Shown here piece after piece: positions 49,612-60,738 of a DNA stretch of 64,000 bases. Where the stretch lies: positions 704,001 to 768,000 of the forward strand of contig CAVSHB010000002.1 in assembly GCA_963727775.1 (NCBI GenBank), in the 5' to 3' direction. Position 1 is the first letter of the stretch. Each line of letters begins with the position of its first letter. The position numbers and the translations under genes were made by a program. The stretch comes from an uncultured Nitrospiraceae bacterium (GTDB lineage Bacteria; Nitrospirota; Thermodesulfovibrionia; Thermodesulfovibrionales; SM23-35). Below the pieces are notes generated by a model. It was given only the letters and a program-made list of their open reading frames with translations, had not been told where the DNA came from and did not search any database.

Positions 49612-49712
49612 AAAAAGTAACGTTCGCGGGTTCAGGCTTGCGATTATGCAAATAGAATTAGCCCTCAAGACAGTAAAAAAGCGGGTGGCCCAATGTTATA
49701 ATCAAAACGAGG

Positions 49713-50558
49713 ATGACAGATAAGGATTATTATAAGGTCCTCGGCGTAGATGAAAAGGCCGCTGCCGAGGATATTAAGAAAACCTACCGCAAATTGGCTT
49801 TTCAGTATCACCCCGATAAAAACCCGGGCAGTGAAGAGATGATGAAGGAGATCAACGAGGCCTATGCGGTCTTGTCCGATCAGAAGAAGAGAGAGGCCTA
49901 TGATTCTTTCAGGCATACATACGGTGCATCTGCAAGAGATTTGTTCAGACAGCGCTATGCAGAGCAGGACATCTTCAAAAATTCCGACATTTATCAGATT
50001 TTCGAGGAGTTGAGCAAGGCATTCGGTTTCAGTAGGCCGGAGGACATCTTCAGCCGCGGCAATTTCTACGGAAACCAATATAAGACCTTTGAATTTAAAG
50101 GCCCCGGAGTCTTCGGAAAGGGTACGTTTTTTTTCCGGCAGATGCCGACCGGTAACCGGGAGCATATGACAGGTCCACAGTTTCAAACGGAAGATACGGC
50201 CACGCGGCGGTCTTCTTTCTCATCCAGTCTTTTGCTGAAAGGACTGGGTCTGTTTCAGAAACATATGGCAAAAAAATACGGGCTGGAAATACCGGAAAAC
50301 GGCAGGGACTTGTATGACGTGATAAAAATTACGCCTGAGGAATCCGCAATGGGGAGTAAGGTCGGGTACCAGTACTCGAGAGGCGACAATCCCCGGGACC
50401 TTCTGGTCAAGATTTCTGCCGGAATACGAGACGGGCAAAAAATAAAACTTAAAGGTTTGGGTGAAGAAGGAAAGAATGGCGGGACAGCCGGAGACCTTTA
50501 CCTAAAAGTCAAAATTCGCATCCCGCTTCTTAAAAAGATATTGGCGTTCTTTAAATAG
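49713..50558 (+). CDS. DnaJ-domain protein (no zinc finger)
   Basis: [15 protein letters not shown]-terminal LKGLG..GDLYL. Confidence 0.88.
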   Translation: MTDKDYYKVLGVDEKAAAEDIKKTYRKLAFQYHPDKNPGSEEMMKEINEAYAVLSDQKKREAYDSFRHTYGASARDLFRQRYAEQDIFKNSDIYQIFEELSKAFGFSRPEDIFSRGNFYGNQYKTFEFKGPGVFGKGTFFFRQMPTGNREHMTGPQFQTEDTATRRSSFSSSLLLKGLGLFQKHMAKKYGLEIPENGRDLYDVIKITPEESAMGSKVGYQYSRGDNPRDLLVKISAGIRDGQKIKLKGLGEEGKNGGTAGDLYLKVKIRIPLLKKILAFFK

Positions 50559-50587
50559 GGATAATTAACTCACACTATTCAAAAGAT

Positions 50588-50700
50588 TGCCGACAGATGC
50601 AGTATTTAAGCGGATTTAAATTCTTTCGAAGAAAGAATTTGCCTCGGAGGCCCGATTTGTACCGGGCCGAGAATGAGCGTAAATACTGTATTTGTCGGCA
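50588..50700 (+). repeat. Structured repeat family, copy 3
   Basis: 21-bp outer IR TGCCGACAGATGCAGTATTTA/TAAATACTGTATTTGTCGGCA with 2 G-T pairs; same core. Confidence 0.9.
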
Positions 50701-50736
50701 CCCGAAAATTTATGAATTAAGTGGGTTAAATATCTT

Positions 50737-52401
50737 TTACTTCATAACTGCGCCGTTGCCCGCGGAACTGACCAGCTTAGCATACCTGGACAAATAGCCT
50801 TTTGTAATCTTCGGTTTCAGCGGCTTCCATTTATTCATTCTCTCTTTTATCTCTTTACCGGATAAAAGGACATCTATCTTTCTTGCGGCAATGTCTATCT
50901 TTATCCTGTCCCCGTCCTTCAGTATGGCTATTACTCCGCCTTCCATTGCTTCAGGGGATATATGCCCTATGCACGGTCCTCTCGTACCGCCGGAGAATCT
51001 TCCATCGGTTATCAGAGCGACCGATTCACTTAACCCCATACCTGCAATGGCCGCAGTCGGCGAAAGCATCTCACGCATGCCGGGGCCACCTTTGGGGCCT
51101 TCATATCTGATGACAACGACATTGCCGGGCTTGATCTTTCCGTTCATGATCGCCTTCATGGCTTCTTCTTCTGAATTGAAGACCTTTGCGTCGCCTTCAA
51201 ATTTCATCATGTTCCGGCTTACGGCAGACTGCTTGACGACCGCGCCGTCGGGCGCAAGATTTCCCCTCAATATCGCGATGCCTCCTTCCTTGTGGTAGGG
51301 CTTGTCCAGCGGTCTTATGACATTTTCGTCGACTATCGTTGCCGACGCGGTGATCTCGAATATTTTCATCCCGCTTACGGTCGTATTGTTGTTCAAGCTT
51401 TTACCAAGTCTTTTCATGACAGCGGGGATTCCGCCCGCCCAATCGAGGTCTTCGAGATAATGTTCGCCGCCCGGAAGCATATTGGCGATATGGGGCGTCT
51501 TTTTGCTGAGTATATCAAACGTCTCCAGCGGCAATTCAACGCCTGCATCATGGGCTATCGCGGGAATATGAAGTACGGTATTCGTCGAGCCGCCGAGGGC
51601 GAGGTCCACCATGATGGCGTTCTCAAAGGCCTTTCTCGTCATGATCTTTCTTGCCGTAACATTTTTCTTTATGAGGTCTACGATGCGCATTCCGCTTGCA
51701 AAGGCAATCCTTCTTTTATCGGCAGAGACCGCGAGAGCCGTAGCGCATCTCGGAAGGCTCATCCCGAGCGCCTCGGTAACACACGCCATGGTATTTGCCG
51801 TATACATGCCCTGGCACGAGCCTGCGCCCGGACACGCGCATAGTTCGAGGGCTTCAAGCTCGGCATCCTTTATCAGTCCCTTTTTATACTTGCCTATTGC
51901 TTCAAATGTGTCGTTTACGAGAGATAACCTTCTCCCTCCCATGCGCCCGGATAACATCGGTCCGGCAGTGACAACTATTGCCGGGATGTCTATTCTTGCA
52001 GCCGCCATAAGCATTCCAGGGGTTATCTTGTCGCAGTTTGTGAGGAGCACAAGGCCGTCGAACTGGTGGGCCTGCGCGACGGTCTCTACGAGATCGGCGA
52101 TCAGTTCGCGTGAAGGCAGGGAATAATGCATGCCGCTATGCCCCATGGCAATACCGTCGCAAATACCGGGGATCCCGAAAAAGAAGGGATATCCTCCGCC
52201 GGTATGCACCCCTTTTTCAATGTACCGCTCAAGGTCCCGCATACCGATGTGCCCAGGGATAATATCGGTGAAACTTGTCGCTACGCCGATGAAAGGTTTT
52301 TTCATCTCGCTTTTCGGCAGGCCTGTAGCGTAAAGCAGCGCCCTGTGCGGGACGCGCTCCAGCCCTTCTTTTATTGTCTTGCTCCTCATAAATACCCCCA
52401 A
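50737..52401 (-). CDS. ilvD: Dihydroxy-acid dehydratase
   Basis: [35 protein letters not shown]. Confidence 0.96.
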   Translation of the reverse strand: MGVFMRSKTIKEGLERVPHRALLYATGLPKSEMKKPFIGVATSFTDIIPGHIGMRDLERYIEKGVHTGGGYPFFFGIPGICDGIAMGHSGMHYSLPSRELIADLVETVAQAHQFDGLVLLTNCDKITPGMLMAAARIDIPAIVVTAGPMLSGRMGGRRLSLVNDTFEAIGKYKKGLIKDAELEALELCACPGAGSCQGMYTANTMACVTEALGMSLPRCATALAVSADKRRIAFASGMRIVDLIKKNVTARKIMTRKAFENAIMVDLALGGSTNTVLHIPAIAHDAGVELPLETFDILSKKTPHIANMLPGGEHYLEDLDWAGGIPAVMKRLGKSLNNNTTVSGMKIFEITASATIVDENVIRPLDKPYHKEGGIAILRGNLAPDGAVVKQSAVSRNMMKFEGDAKVFNSEEEAMKAIMNGKIKPGNVVVIRYEGPKGGPGMREMLSPTAAIAGMGLSESVALITDGRFSGGTRGPCIGHISPEAMEGGVIAILKDGDRIKIDIAARKIDVLLSGKEIKERMNKWKPLKPKITKGYLSRYAKLVSSAGNGAVMK

Positions 52402-52489
52402 TAGTTATATAAATAAAAACTGAGAAATATGAAATGAGACAAAAATCTCTTATTGCTCAATTCCAACTTCTCAGTTCTTATTTCTGTTT

Positions 52490-52720
52490 CTAATTCAGTG
52501 TTTGAGTTTTCTTATGCTCTCGTACCAGCTCCGCCATTCTGTCTTTTCTCGCGAGTTTCTGTTTCTGGATCCTTTTCCGTTCTATTTCTTCTTCAGCGGT
52601 AAGGTAACGCTTGCTGTCGATCTCTGAAAGAAGGCCGTCAAGATTCCTGTGCTCCTCGCTGAGCTTTTTGAATTCATCATTTTCCTTTTTTAAGAATTCA
52701 ACAATCTCGTTCTCTTTCAT
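52490..52720 (-). CDS. DUF465/YdcH-like coiled-coil protein
   Basis: EFKKLSEEHRNLD..KQKLARKD; GGAGG RBS. Confidence 0.8.
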   Translation of the reverse strand: MKENEIVEFLKKENDEFKKLSEEHRNLDGLLSEIDSKRYLTAEEEIERKRIQKQKLARKDRMAELVREHKKTQTLN

Positions 52721-52819
52721 TTTACCCTCCTGTAAATAGATTTATAGATTTGTTTTTTGCATGGTCCGGATAAAATTGTCTTATTACAAAAAAACATTTG
52801 AGGCCTTTTTCCTATAAAA

Positions 52820-54179
52820 TTATATCTCCTGAATAATCCTTTCTGCAAGTTTATGAGAATTATCTATACAGTCGTTGACGCTGATCCCGCGATAGGCATT
52901 CCCGGTTATGTAAAATCTTTTAAATTTGACGATACAGGACTGTATCGTTTTAAGTCTTTTTTCGTGTCCCGGAGAATATTGGGGGATACCTTTTTTATGT
53001 GTGTAGACCTTCGCAAAATCAGGCTGTATCTTCAAGTCCATGATACCGTTTAACTCGTCCATAACTACGTTTATCAAATTTTCTTCAGACTGAAGCGCAA
53101 GCTCAGAATCTCCTGACCCCTCCCAGCATGCTCCTGAGCAGCACATGACCCTCGGGCGCTCTATTTGGAAAAATGCTTGAATCCCACAAGGTCCCGAGTA
53201 TCTTTCTGCCTTCCCTATTAGGGATCAAAAACCCGAACCCGTCAAGTGAGCGTTTTATCCTGTCACGTCTGTAACCGAGGCAGACTACTGAAATTGATGG
53301 ATAGTAGATTTCTCCGAGCGTTGAGGAAAGCTGTTTGTCAAAGTCTTTTGTCATTTCTGAAGATTCGAATGCAGGCGTTGCAAGGACAACGGCCTCCGTC
53401 TCGATGTTCGAACCATCGGACAAGTGGACAACATAAGAGTCCTTTGTTTTGTCGATTGAGACCGCCCTGGCTCCGGTCTTTAGCCTTTCTCCCATATAAT
53501 CCGATAGAGCATTGATCATTGTTTCCATCCCGCCCAGGAAAGAAGTAAGTGTCCCTCCGGGACCTGCCCCCACTTTTTTGCCAGTTTTTTTCGCCTCTCT
53601 CTGGAGTTTTATCAAAGCCCTTATAAGACTTCCGTATTTCTGTTCAAGTTCATATATCCTCGGGAAACAACTCTTAAGGCTCATCTTTTCGGGGTCACCG
53701 GCATAAATACCCGATGCCATGGGATCAATTAATTTCTCATAAGCCTCTTTGCCCAGTCTGCGTTTAGCAAACTTAGCCAGTGTCTCGTCTTCTCCACTGC
53801 CCTTTTGCGCAAATATTTCCCAAATAATCCTAATACGGCCCGGAAGGCTGAGGAGGTTTGAGGAGAAAAAAGCTGTCGCTGAATCAGGCAGGAGTTTCAG
53901 TTTTCCGTCAGAAAAAATATATCTTTTTCGTGCGTTATCATTGCTTCTTAAAGGTGTGAGGGAAAGCCTTGAAACAAGATCGAGTGTCTTCGGCTTATTA
54001 TCAAGGAAGCCGTTCACCCCGCCTTCACACAAAAAACCGTCCACCTTATCAGTCCATATCTTGCCGCCTGCTTTTTGTTCGGACTCAAGGACGGTGATGT
54101 CTAAAAAGGGCTTATTCTCAAGAAGAAAATAAGCCAAAGAAAGGCCGGTGATTCCCCCTCCGACGATTATTAATCTCAT
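52820..54179 (-). pseudogene. hemG: HemY-type proto/coproporphyrinogen oxidase, frameshifted near 53105-53110
   Basis: GGGITG FAD motif to RSMLGG in one frame; IPQY..GH, GNAYRGISVNDCI in another. Confidence 0.8.
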
Positions 54180-54293
54180 TTTATATCCATTAAAATTGTA
54201 ACATAATTGAGACCGATTTCACTATCAGTTATGAGCAAAGGGAAAATATGCTGTAGAATTTTGTTTTGGCCTATTTTTTATAAATTTGAACAG

Positions 54294-54443
54294 ACGGCAG
54301 GCATGTATGCATCAAAACCTCTTGAACGCAGGATTTGTGTCTATCGTTATTTAACGATAATAGTAAAAAATATAGGTTATTCGGATCATTGACCGCTTAC
54401 AAAGGAGCTGCACAAGAGCTTTTGATGCATACATGCCTGCCGT
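54294..54443. repeat. 150-bp element with 31-bp terminal inverted repeats (MITE-like or long hairpin)
   Basis: ACGGCAGGCATGTATGCATCAAAACCTCTTG / CAAGAGCTTTTGATGCATACATGCCTGCCGT, 30 of 31 complementary. Confidence 0.8.
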
Positions 54444-54485
54444 GAAATGCATTTGAAAACACTGAGATTTATGGACGGACTCTAA

Positions 54486-54599
54486 TAAGGGAGGATACAG
54501 TGTTTGAGCGGTTTTAAATTCTGTGAAGATTTATCGGAACAGAATTTACCTCGCAGGGCGATAGCCCGAGAATGAGCTCAAATACTGTGTCCTCCCTTA
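54486..54599 (+). repeat. Structured repeat family, copy 4
   Basis: Outer IR TAAGGGAGGATACAGTGTTTG/CAAATACTGTGTCCTCCCTTA; TAAATTCTGT/ACAGAATTTA; ACCTCGCA-GGGC-GATA-GCCC-GAGAATGAGC. Confidence 0.9.
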
Positions 54600-54644
54600 G
54601 TTTGCAAATATTTTATAAAGAATCATGAATAATAAGGAAGTCGC

Positions 54645-56489
54645 CTACGGGACTAAGGCTCTATGGGTCTTTATTGCCAGGGATAGGAAAGATTTTTTGT
54701 CAGAGGAATAAAGGATGATTCCCTTCCGCTCAAAATCATCCAGGATTGAATATACATCCCCGGATGATCTGCCGAGTTCTTCGGATACTTTATCGATCGG
54801 CTGGTATTTTTCGATAGCCGAAAGATAGATATCTTTTTCTATTGAACCGAGAAGGTACTTTAATCTCTGCGCGCCCCGGGATATATCGATCTGCAAGCCA
54901 TTAGGGAAATCGGTATATAACATATAATTATCCCGCGGATTCTTGTCTTTAATCTCTTCGACTTTATTCCTTATTATTCCTGATAACCTGTACTGTTCAT
55001 CGTCATTATCAAACTGATACGGATAGGGATAATTGGAATAAGACGGCATCGGAAAGTCTTTAAAGATAGACGAAAAGATAGACGCGGCGTGTCTTTGCAG
55101 GCCGTATTTTTCGATGTCCAGAAAAACAGGGCAGTCCGTCGGCAGATAGAATTCTCCGGGATAGATCTGAATATTTTCACTTACAAGTATATGGGTAATG
55201 AGGTCCATGACCCGGAGATTTTCCTTCACGTCGTTTTCCGTCATATTCGGGAAACATGTGAAAAGATTAAACTGGACAGGCACTCCCAATTCTGCGGCAG
55301 CCTTCAAGACCTCAACGTTTTTTAAAGCCGTAACACCCTTGTTCATTAGCCGGAGCAGCCTGTCACTGAACGTTTCGATCCCGATCTGGAAGTTTGATAC
55401 CCAATTGCCGAAGCGATGAATCGCCGACAGCACTTCTTTGTCCATTCTCTCAGCGCGAAATTCCGCATAGATAAAATTGAAGTCCTTGCCTTCAAGGTAC
55501 CCGGATATGTCCTTAATATTTTTCGGGTCCTTGAGCGCATCTGAATCCAGAATGAAAAAATTTCTGAGGTTCGAAGAAATACTCTGGTAGTATTCTATTT
55601 CTTCTTTCACACGCGCAGAGGTCTTTGCCTGGCACAGTATGTTGTATGATTCATCTGGACAGAAGCTGCACTTTTTCCATGGACAACCTCTTCCAAATTC
55701 AATCGGCAGAATGATGTCTCTGTGTTCTATGGGGAATTCGGTAAAATCATATTTGGGGAAGGGGAGAGAATTGATCGACACATTCGGTTTTGGTTTTGAA
55801 TCTCTGGTTTCTCCGGTTTTGTCTCTGAACACGACATTATAGAAATCTTTTCCGGAATCCGTGATATGTTCAAGCAAGTTTTCAATTGTCACTTCACACT
55901 CGCCGATACCCACGAAATCCAGGAAGTCCATATTTTTCAGCAGATCTTTGGCAAAAGTGCCTGAACAGTCTTTGCCTCCGACGATAGTTAGGATATCGGG
56001 ATATGAATGTTTTATCATCGAGCACAGCAGGAGAGAGCCGCTTAATTGGTAATGGGAGCAGCTGAAACCTATGAGTTTTGTGCCTTTTAAATACGGCGAC
56101 AGCTTTGAATAGGCCGACTTGATAAATGCGCCGGCTGTTTCCCTTATTTCTTCGAAGTCGTTTAATGTTAATCCGAGCGAAGCAAGGCGGTCTGCGAAAC
56201 GGTCTTTTGAATTTTGATACCTCTCCTCAAAAAGGAGTGTTGCGAAGACATAATCCAGTCCCATGTATTCCACGCCGGACTGTTCTGTAAGTTTAAGCAG
56301 ATTGTCGGTGATTCTCGGATCAAAATTTCTAAGGAAGGAAAGAAACTCGAGATGAAGATGAAAGGTTTTGGCACTTTTCCCTTTCTCCGCCAGGTAAGAT
56401 TGCATAATGCCGAGGTTGATGTTAGGTATATTGGCAAACCATTTTGATATAAATCTCGCATAGGGCATGGAAACAAAGATAAAATCCAT
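54645..56489 (-). CDS. B12-binding radical SAM enzyme, resembling RiPP-maturation class B methyltransferases
   Basis: VSMPY..PNINLG N-terminus, GFSC, VGG, GECE, RGCPWKKCSFC, QIGIETFS. Confidence 0.8.
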   Translation of the reverse strand: MDFIFVSMPYARFISKWFANIPNINLGIMQSYLAEKGKSAKTFHLHLEFLSFLRNFDPRITDNLLKLTEQSGVEYMGLDYVFATLLFEERYQNSKDRFADRLASLGLTLNDFEEIRETAGAFIKSAYSKLSPYLKGTKLIGFSCSHYQLSGSLLLCSMIKHSYPDILTIVGGKDCSGTFAKDLLKNMDFLDFVGIGECEVTIENLLEHITDSGKDFYNVVFRDKTGETRDSKPKPNVSINSLPFPKYDFTEFPIEHRDIILPIEFGRGCPWKKCSFCPDESYNILCQAKTSARVKEEIEYYQSISSNLRNFFILDSDALKDPKNIKDISGYLEGKDFNFIYAEFRAERMDKEVLSAIHRFGNWVSNFQIGIETFSDRLLRLMNKGVTALKNVEVLKAAAELGVPVQFNLFTCFPNMTENDVKENLRVMDLITHILVSENIQIYPGEFYLPTDCPVFLDIEKYGLQRHAASIFSSIFKDFPMPSYSNYPYPYQFDNDDEQYRLSGIIRNKVEEIKDKNPRDNYMLYTDFPNGLQIDISRGAQRLKYLLGSIEKDIYLSAIEKYQPIDKVSEELGRSSGDVYSILDDFERKGIILYSSDKKSFLSLAIKTHRALVP

Positions 56490-56666
56490 ATTTTTTATTA
56501 TTGACTAAATCCAGCCTTTTTTCCAAGTGATCTTCTTTTATTGCTCTGAGGGAGGAAAGAATCGGGCATCATATACATATACATACCGGTCTAATGAAAC
56601 AATGCGCAGTTTGCTTTTTTTATAAATAATTTTTTATGCTAAATATAATATTAACTTTTTGGAGGT

Positions 56667-57023
56667 TTGGTGATGACTATAACTGATAAGGCTGCCGAAA
56701 AGGCAAAGGCCATATTGGCCGTTGAAGGAAAAGACAACTGGGGCATTAAGATTTATGTCGCCGGTGAAAGCTGCTGCGGGCCGTCATTCGGGCTCAATTT
56801 CCAGGAAACCCAGATGCCTGACGACGAAGTCGTCGAAAAAAACGGGGTTAAGGTATATATCGACAAACAGACTTCGGAAACACTTTCGGAACGGGAACTC
56901 GACTATTATATGGGTGCTGACGGAGAGGGCTTTATCTTTACCGGTGGGGTTTCATCCTGCGGCACAGGCGGTTCATCGTGCGGCTCCGGCTCCGGCTGCG
57001 GTTCAGGCTGCGGTTCAGAATAG
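56667..57023 (+). CDS. HesB/IscA-family Fe-S protein with Gly/Ser/Cys-rich tail
   Basis: ITDKAAEK, SCCGPSFGL, GVKVYID, tail SCGTGGSSCGSGSGCGSGCG. Confidence 0.8.
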   Translation: MVMTITDKAAEKAKAILAVEGKDNWGIKIYVAGESCCGPSFGLNFQETQMPDDEVVEKNGVKVYIDKQTSETLSERELDYYMGADGEGFIFTGGVSSCGTGGSSCGSGSGCGSGCGSE

Positions 57024-57034
57024 AGCTGCAATAA

Positions 57035-58006
57035 ATGTATCCGGTCCATAGACCAAGAAGGTTAAGGAAGAACGCGACTATCAGGAGAATGGTGAGGGAG
57101 ACCTCATTATCTCCTGATTGTTTTATTTACCCCCTTTTTGTTACCTTCGGCAAAGGCGTAAAAAAAGAGATCTCTTCAATGCCCGGTTGTTTCCAGGAAT
57201 CCGTTGATTTGATCGTCAAACACGCCAAAGAGGTTTATTCCCTCGGGATCCCTGCCGTATTGCTCTTCGGCATCCCGGAACACAAAGATGAAATCGGTTC
57301 AGGCGCATACGATGAGCATGGCGTTGTACAGAAGGCAATTGGGGCAATTAAGAATAAAGTGCCTGGCCTTTATGTTATCACGGACGTCTGCATGTGCGAG
57401 TACACAAGCCACGGCCATTGCGGCATCATAAAGAATTGCGATGTCCAGAACGACCCGACACTCGAACTATTAGCGAAAGAGGCCTTCTCCCATGCAAAGG
57501 CGGGCGCTGATATGGTCGCTCCGTCGGACATGATGGACGGAAGGGTTGAGGCTATAAGACTCGTACTCGATGAAAATGGGTTCGAGGAAATCCCGATAAT
57601 GTCCTATGCCGCTAAATACGCGTCCGCCTTCTACGGGCCGTTCAGGGAAGCGGCAGAGTCTACTCCGCAATTCGGCGACAGGCGGTCATACCAGATGGAC
57701 CCCGCAAACAGGCGAGAGGCGTTGAAAGAGGTGGCGCTTGATATCGAAGAAGGCGCGGACATTGTGATGGTGAAACCGGCGCTTTCGTACCTCGACATAA
57801 TCTCCGATGTTCGTGATTCATTTGATGTTCCCGTTGCCGCTTATAACGTAAGCGGAGAGTATTCTTTGGTAAAGGCTGCGGGAAAACTCGGCTGGATCGA
57901 TGAACAGCGTGCTATGATGGAGATCCTTACCTCAATAAAGAGGGCGGGCGCAGACCTGATCCTCACCTATTTTGCTAAAGAAGCAGCAAAGATTCTGAAT
58001 AAGTAA
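57035..58006 (+). CDS. hemB: Porphobilinogen synthase
   Basis: [26 protein letters not shown]. Confidence 0.96.
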   Translation: MYPVHRPRRLRKNATIRRMVRETSLSPDCFIYPLFVTFGKGVKKEISSMPGCFQESVDLIVKHAKEVYSLGIPAVLLFGIPEHKDEIGSGAYDEHGVVQKAIGAIKNKVPGLYVITDVCMCEYTSHGHCGIIKNCDVQNDPTLELLAKEAFSHAKAGADMVAPSDMMDGRVEAIRLVLDENGFEEIPIMSYAAKYASAFYGPFREAAESTPQFGDRRSYQMDPANRREALKEVALDIEEGADIVMVKPALSYLDIISDVRDSFDVPVAAYNVSGEYSLVKAAGKLGWIDEQRAMMEILTSIKRAGADLILTYFAKEAAKILNK

Positions 58007-58075
58007 TCAGCTACCAGAGTTTACCTATCAATCAACTGCGATATTTCGACCTTCTCCGTTAAAACGTATCCCTCT

Positions 58076-59983
58076 TTAGACATGGCTGCTTTCTCCATAC
58101 ATCCCCAGCCAATTTATAAAGTCCTGTGGGGCTAACGGCTCACTAAAAAGAAACCCTTGCGCTTCATCACACTTCTGGGAACGCAAAAATTCCAGTTGAT
58201 CAACATTTTCAACCCCTTCAGCAATCACTTTTAACCCCAGGCTGTGTGACATCGCAATAATCGCCTTGGAAATCGACTTATCATTAGGGTTTATCGCAAT
58301 TGAATGTAAAAAGGATTGGTCAAGTTTTATCTTGCTCAGTGGTAAGTATTTAAGATAACTTAAAGATGAATAACCAGTTCCAAAATCATCAATAGAAATG
58401 TTTATCCCAAGAGTTTTTAATTCATTGAGCGTCGACAAAGCCAAATCTGAATCCTGCATGACTGCACTTTCTGTGAGTTCCAGTTCTAAATACTTTGATT
58501 CCAGATTTGTTTCTTCTAATATATTCATCAACATTTTTACAAATGTTTTGTGCTTAAGCTGATGCATTGAAACATTGACTGACAGGACAATCGACGGAAG
58601 CCCGGCTTCCTGCCATGCTTTGTTCTGAGCGCAGGCAGAACGTACTATCCATTCGCCTATGGGTTGAATAAGACCCGTTTCTTCTGCTAACGGGATAAAC
58701 CGCATCGGAGGCAATAAACCATAATGGAGATTATGCCAACGCATTAGCACCTCCGCACCAACAACTTTCCCACTTTTCAAATCCACTTCCGGCTGGTAGT
58801 GCAAAATGAACTCCTTCTGCTGGAGTGCCTTATGTAGATAGCTTTCCATTTTTATTTTTTCCATAACATATGCATTGATTGACGGTGTATAGAATTGATA
58901 GTTGTTCCTTCCCTGTTCTTTGGCATGATACATGGCCGCGTCTGCATTTTTTACAAGTGATTCCAGATCGTTACCGTTTTCAGGAAAGATGCTGATGCCA
59001 ATACTCCCCGTGGTATAGATTTCTTTATTATTGATTACAAATACCTCAGATAGTTTTTCAAGGATTTTATTTGCAACGACAGAAGCAGCGTCAGTATTAT
59101 TTATATCACAAAATAGAAAGAGAAATTCATCGCCTGACAGACGGCTGACTGTATCACCTTCACGCATGGTATCCTGTAAACGCTTTGACACTGCCTGAAG
59201 AAAGAGATCACCTGTATTGTGACCAAATGTGTCGTTGATGAACTTGAACCTATCCAGGTCAATGAACATAATAGCTAATGATCGCTTATGTCTGCGTGCT
59301 TTTGCCAGTTCTTGTCTTAAACGATCATCGAATAAAGAACGATTAGGCAGACCTGTCAGGGTATCGTAAAAAGCAAGCTTTTTTATAATCTCTTCATTTC
59401 TCTTGCGGTCTGTAATATCTTCGCAAATCGTAATAATAGAAAGAACTTCTCCCTTAGTATTTTTAACTACATCCGACATTAAATATACAGGAAAGTTAGT
59501 GCCGTCTTTTCTTACATTAATGCTTTCTCTTTTATATGTGCTTTGTATCTGTTCGGGCATGGGTTTCCATATTTCAGGTGGACTAAATACTCGGGCTTCA
59601 GTGCCGAATAGATCTATATCGCTATAACCGTGCATTTCAGCATCAGCAGGATTTGAATAGATAATCTTTCCCTTTGCATTGCTGATGGTTACACCTATTT
59701 GCATATTATCAATGGCCTTTTTCAATGAAAGAAGAGTTTCTTCATCTCTCTTATGATCGGTAACCTCATGTTTCCATCGGCGATATAACAACAAGATAAG
59801 CCACAATAAATAAAGAAAAATGAAATTGATGATGAGTTCTATTGCAGGGAAACTTGTATATATGCTTACAAGTTCTTCGAGGATATGGATAAAATTCAAC
59901 GTTAACTTGAAAAAAGTGACAATGAAGGCAAGGAATAGGATAATGGATAGATAGAGGAGAGTTTGACTTTTCCTTTCCTTCAT
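58076..59983 (-). CDS. Membrane PAS-GGDEF-EAL protein
   Basis: 2 TM, PAS, RLSGDEF, EVL, DDFGTGYSS; start 59983 is a best guess. Confidence 0.9.
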   Translation of the reverse strand: MKERKSQTLLYLSIILFLAFIVTFFKLTLNFIHILEELVSIYTSFPAIELIINFIFLYLLWLILLLYRRWKHEVTDHKRDEETLLSLKKAIDNMQIGVTISNAKGKIIYSNPADAEMHGYSDIDLFGTEARVFSPPEIWKPMPEQIQSTYKRESINVRKDGTNFPVYLMSDVVKNTKGEVLSIITICEDITDRKRNEEIIKKLAFYDTLTGLPNRSLFDDRLRQELAKARRHKRSLAIMFIDLDRFKFINDTFGHNTGDLFLQAVSKRLQDTMREGDTVSRLSGDEFLFLFCDINNTDAASVVANKILEKLSEVFVINNKEIYTTGSIGISIFPENGNDLESLVKNADAAMYHAKEQGRNNYQFYTPSINAYVMEKIKMESYLHKALQQKEFILHYQPEVDLKSGKVVGAEVLMRWHNLHYGLLPPMRFIPLAEETGLIQPIGEWIVRSACAQNKAWQEAGLPSIVLSVNVSMHQLKHKTFVKMLMNILEETNLESKYLELELTESAVMQDSDLALSTLNELKTLGINISIDDFGTGYSSLSYLKYLPLSKIKLDQSFLHSIAINPNDKSISKAIIAMSHSLGLKVIAEGVENVDQLEFLRSQKCDEAQGFLFSEPLAPQDFINWLGMYGESSHV

Positions 59984-60201
59984 TGTTCGCTCATTTTGTG
60001 TAAAAAACCAGTTAGTTTTTCTGAACATTTTTGCTTTCAAAGTGAGGACAGCGTATTTTCAGGTTTAACTTCAAATTCTTTGAGCAAGGACTAAATATAT
60101 TGCATGTCTGAGAAAGGCTATTTCTGTTGATGCAACTAATATTTAGACTTATTTTATACCCCACAAAAATATGTTGAGGTGAAGGAAAAAATCATCGTTA
60201 C

Positions 60202-60561
60202 TTAATTTGATTTCACAAGCAAGACGTCAGCAACAATTTCTTTGCTGCTATTTTCTGACTTCGTTACTTTCTGAAGAGTGAAATCTTTTCCGCAAACAAT
60301 TTTTGCAACATCTTCTGTTTTTAGGTTGGAGAACTGTTCTTGAGTTACAGCCCATGTTACCGGTCCAACAGTTACTGCTTTTCCCTCGCAATATCCTGCC
60401 ACTATCGCGGTGACGTTCCCAGTTTTGTTGTCATAAGTTGCTCCCAGTCTTCCCGAAACTATAGAGACTGATGAATCCGCATAGGCCAGAGTTGCTCCGA
60501 TGGAAATCGATACTAATAATAAAGCCATGAATAGCAATCTCACTGCGCTCTTTTTACACAT
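60202..60561 (-). CDS. Small secreted hypothetical protein
   Basis: MCKKSAV start after GAGGG; signal peptide ending AYA; two Cys in mature part. Confidence 0.7.
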   Translation of the reverse strand: MCKKSAVRLLFMALLLVSISIGATLAYADSSVSIVSGRLGATYDNKTGNVTAIVAGYCEGKAVTVGPVTWAVTQEQFSNLKTEDVAKIVCGKDFTLQKVTKSENSSKEIVADVLLVKSN

Positions 60562-60689
60562 ACCGCCCCTCGCTTTTTTTATAGACAACAGTTTATAAGA
60601 GAAAAACACAACCCTCTGAAAGATTTCTTCCTTCACTCTCATCCAGACAAAAATGTCTTTGTACCTTTTTCTACTACAATACACTTTAA

Positions 60690-60728
60690 ATGTTAAGGAA
60701 AAAGCAACCTCTTGTCAAGGCAACCTCT
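60690..60728 (-). promoter_or_regulatory. Sigma70-type promoter with direct repeats flanking -35
   Basis: Minus strand AGAGGTTGC-C-TTGACA-AGAGGTTGC..., 17-bp spacer, TAACAT. Confidence 0.5.
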
Positions 60729-60738
60729 GGGCTTTTTT

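Noticed and set aside
50597..50797. Short ORFs over the repeat elements (also 45783-46040 and 54207-54392)
   Set aside because: They overlap palindromic elements or real genes and show no protein features
54294..54443. 6S RNA or SRP RNA
   Set aside because: Near-perfect 31-bp stem and no recognisable conserved 6S or SRP motifs; needs an Rfam scan to exclude fully
56667..57023. HesB-like selenoprotein
   Set aside because: The motif is encoded TGC TGC; no in-frame TGA
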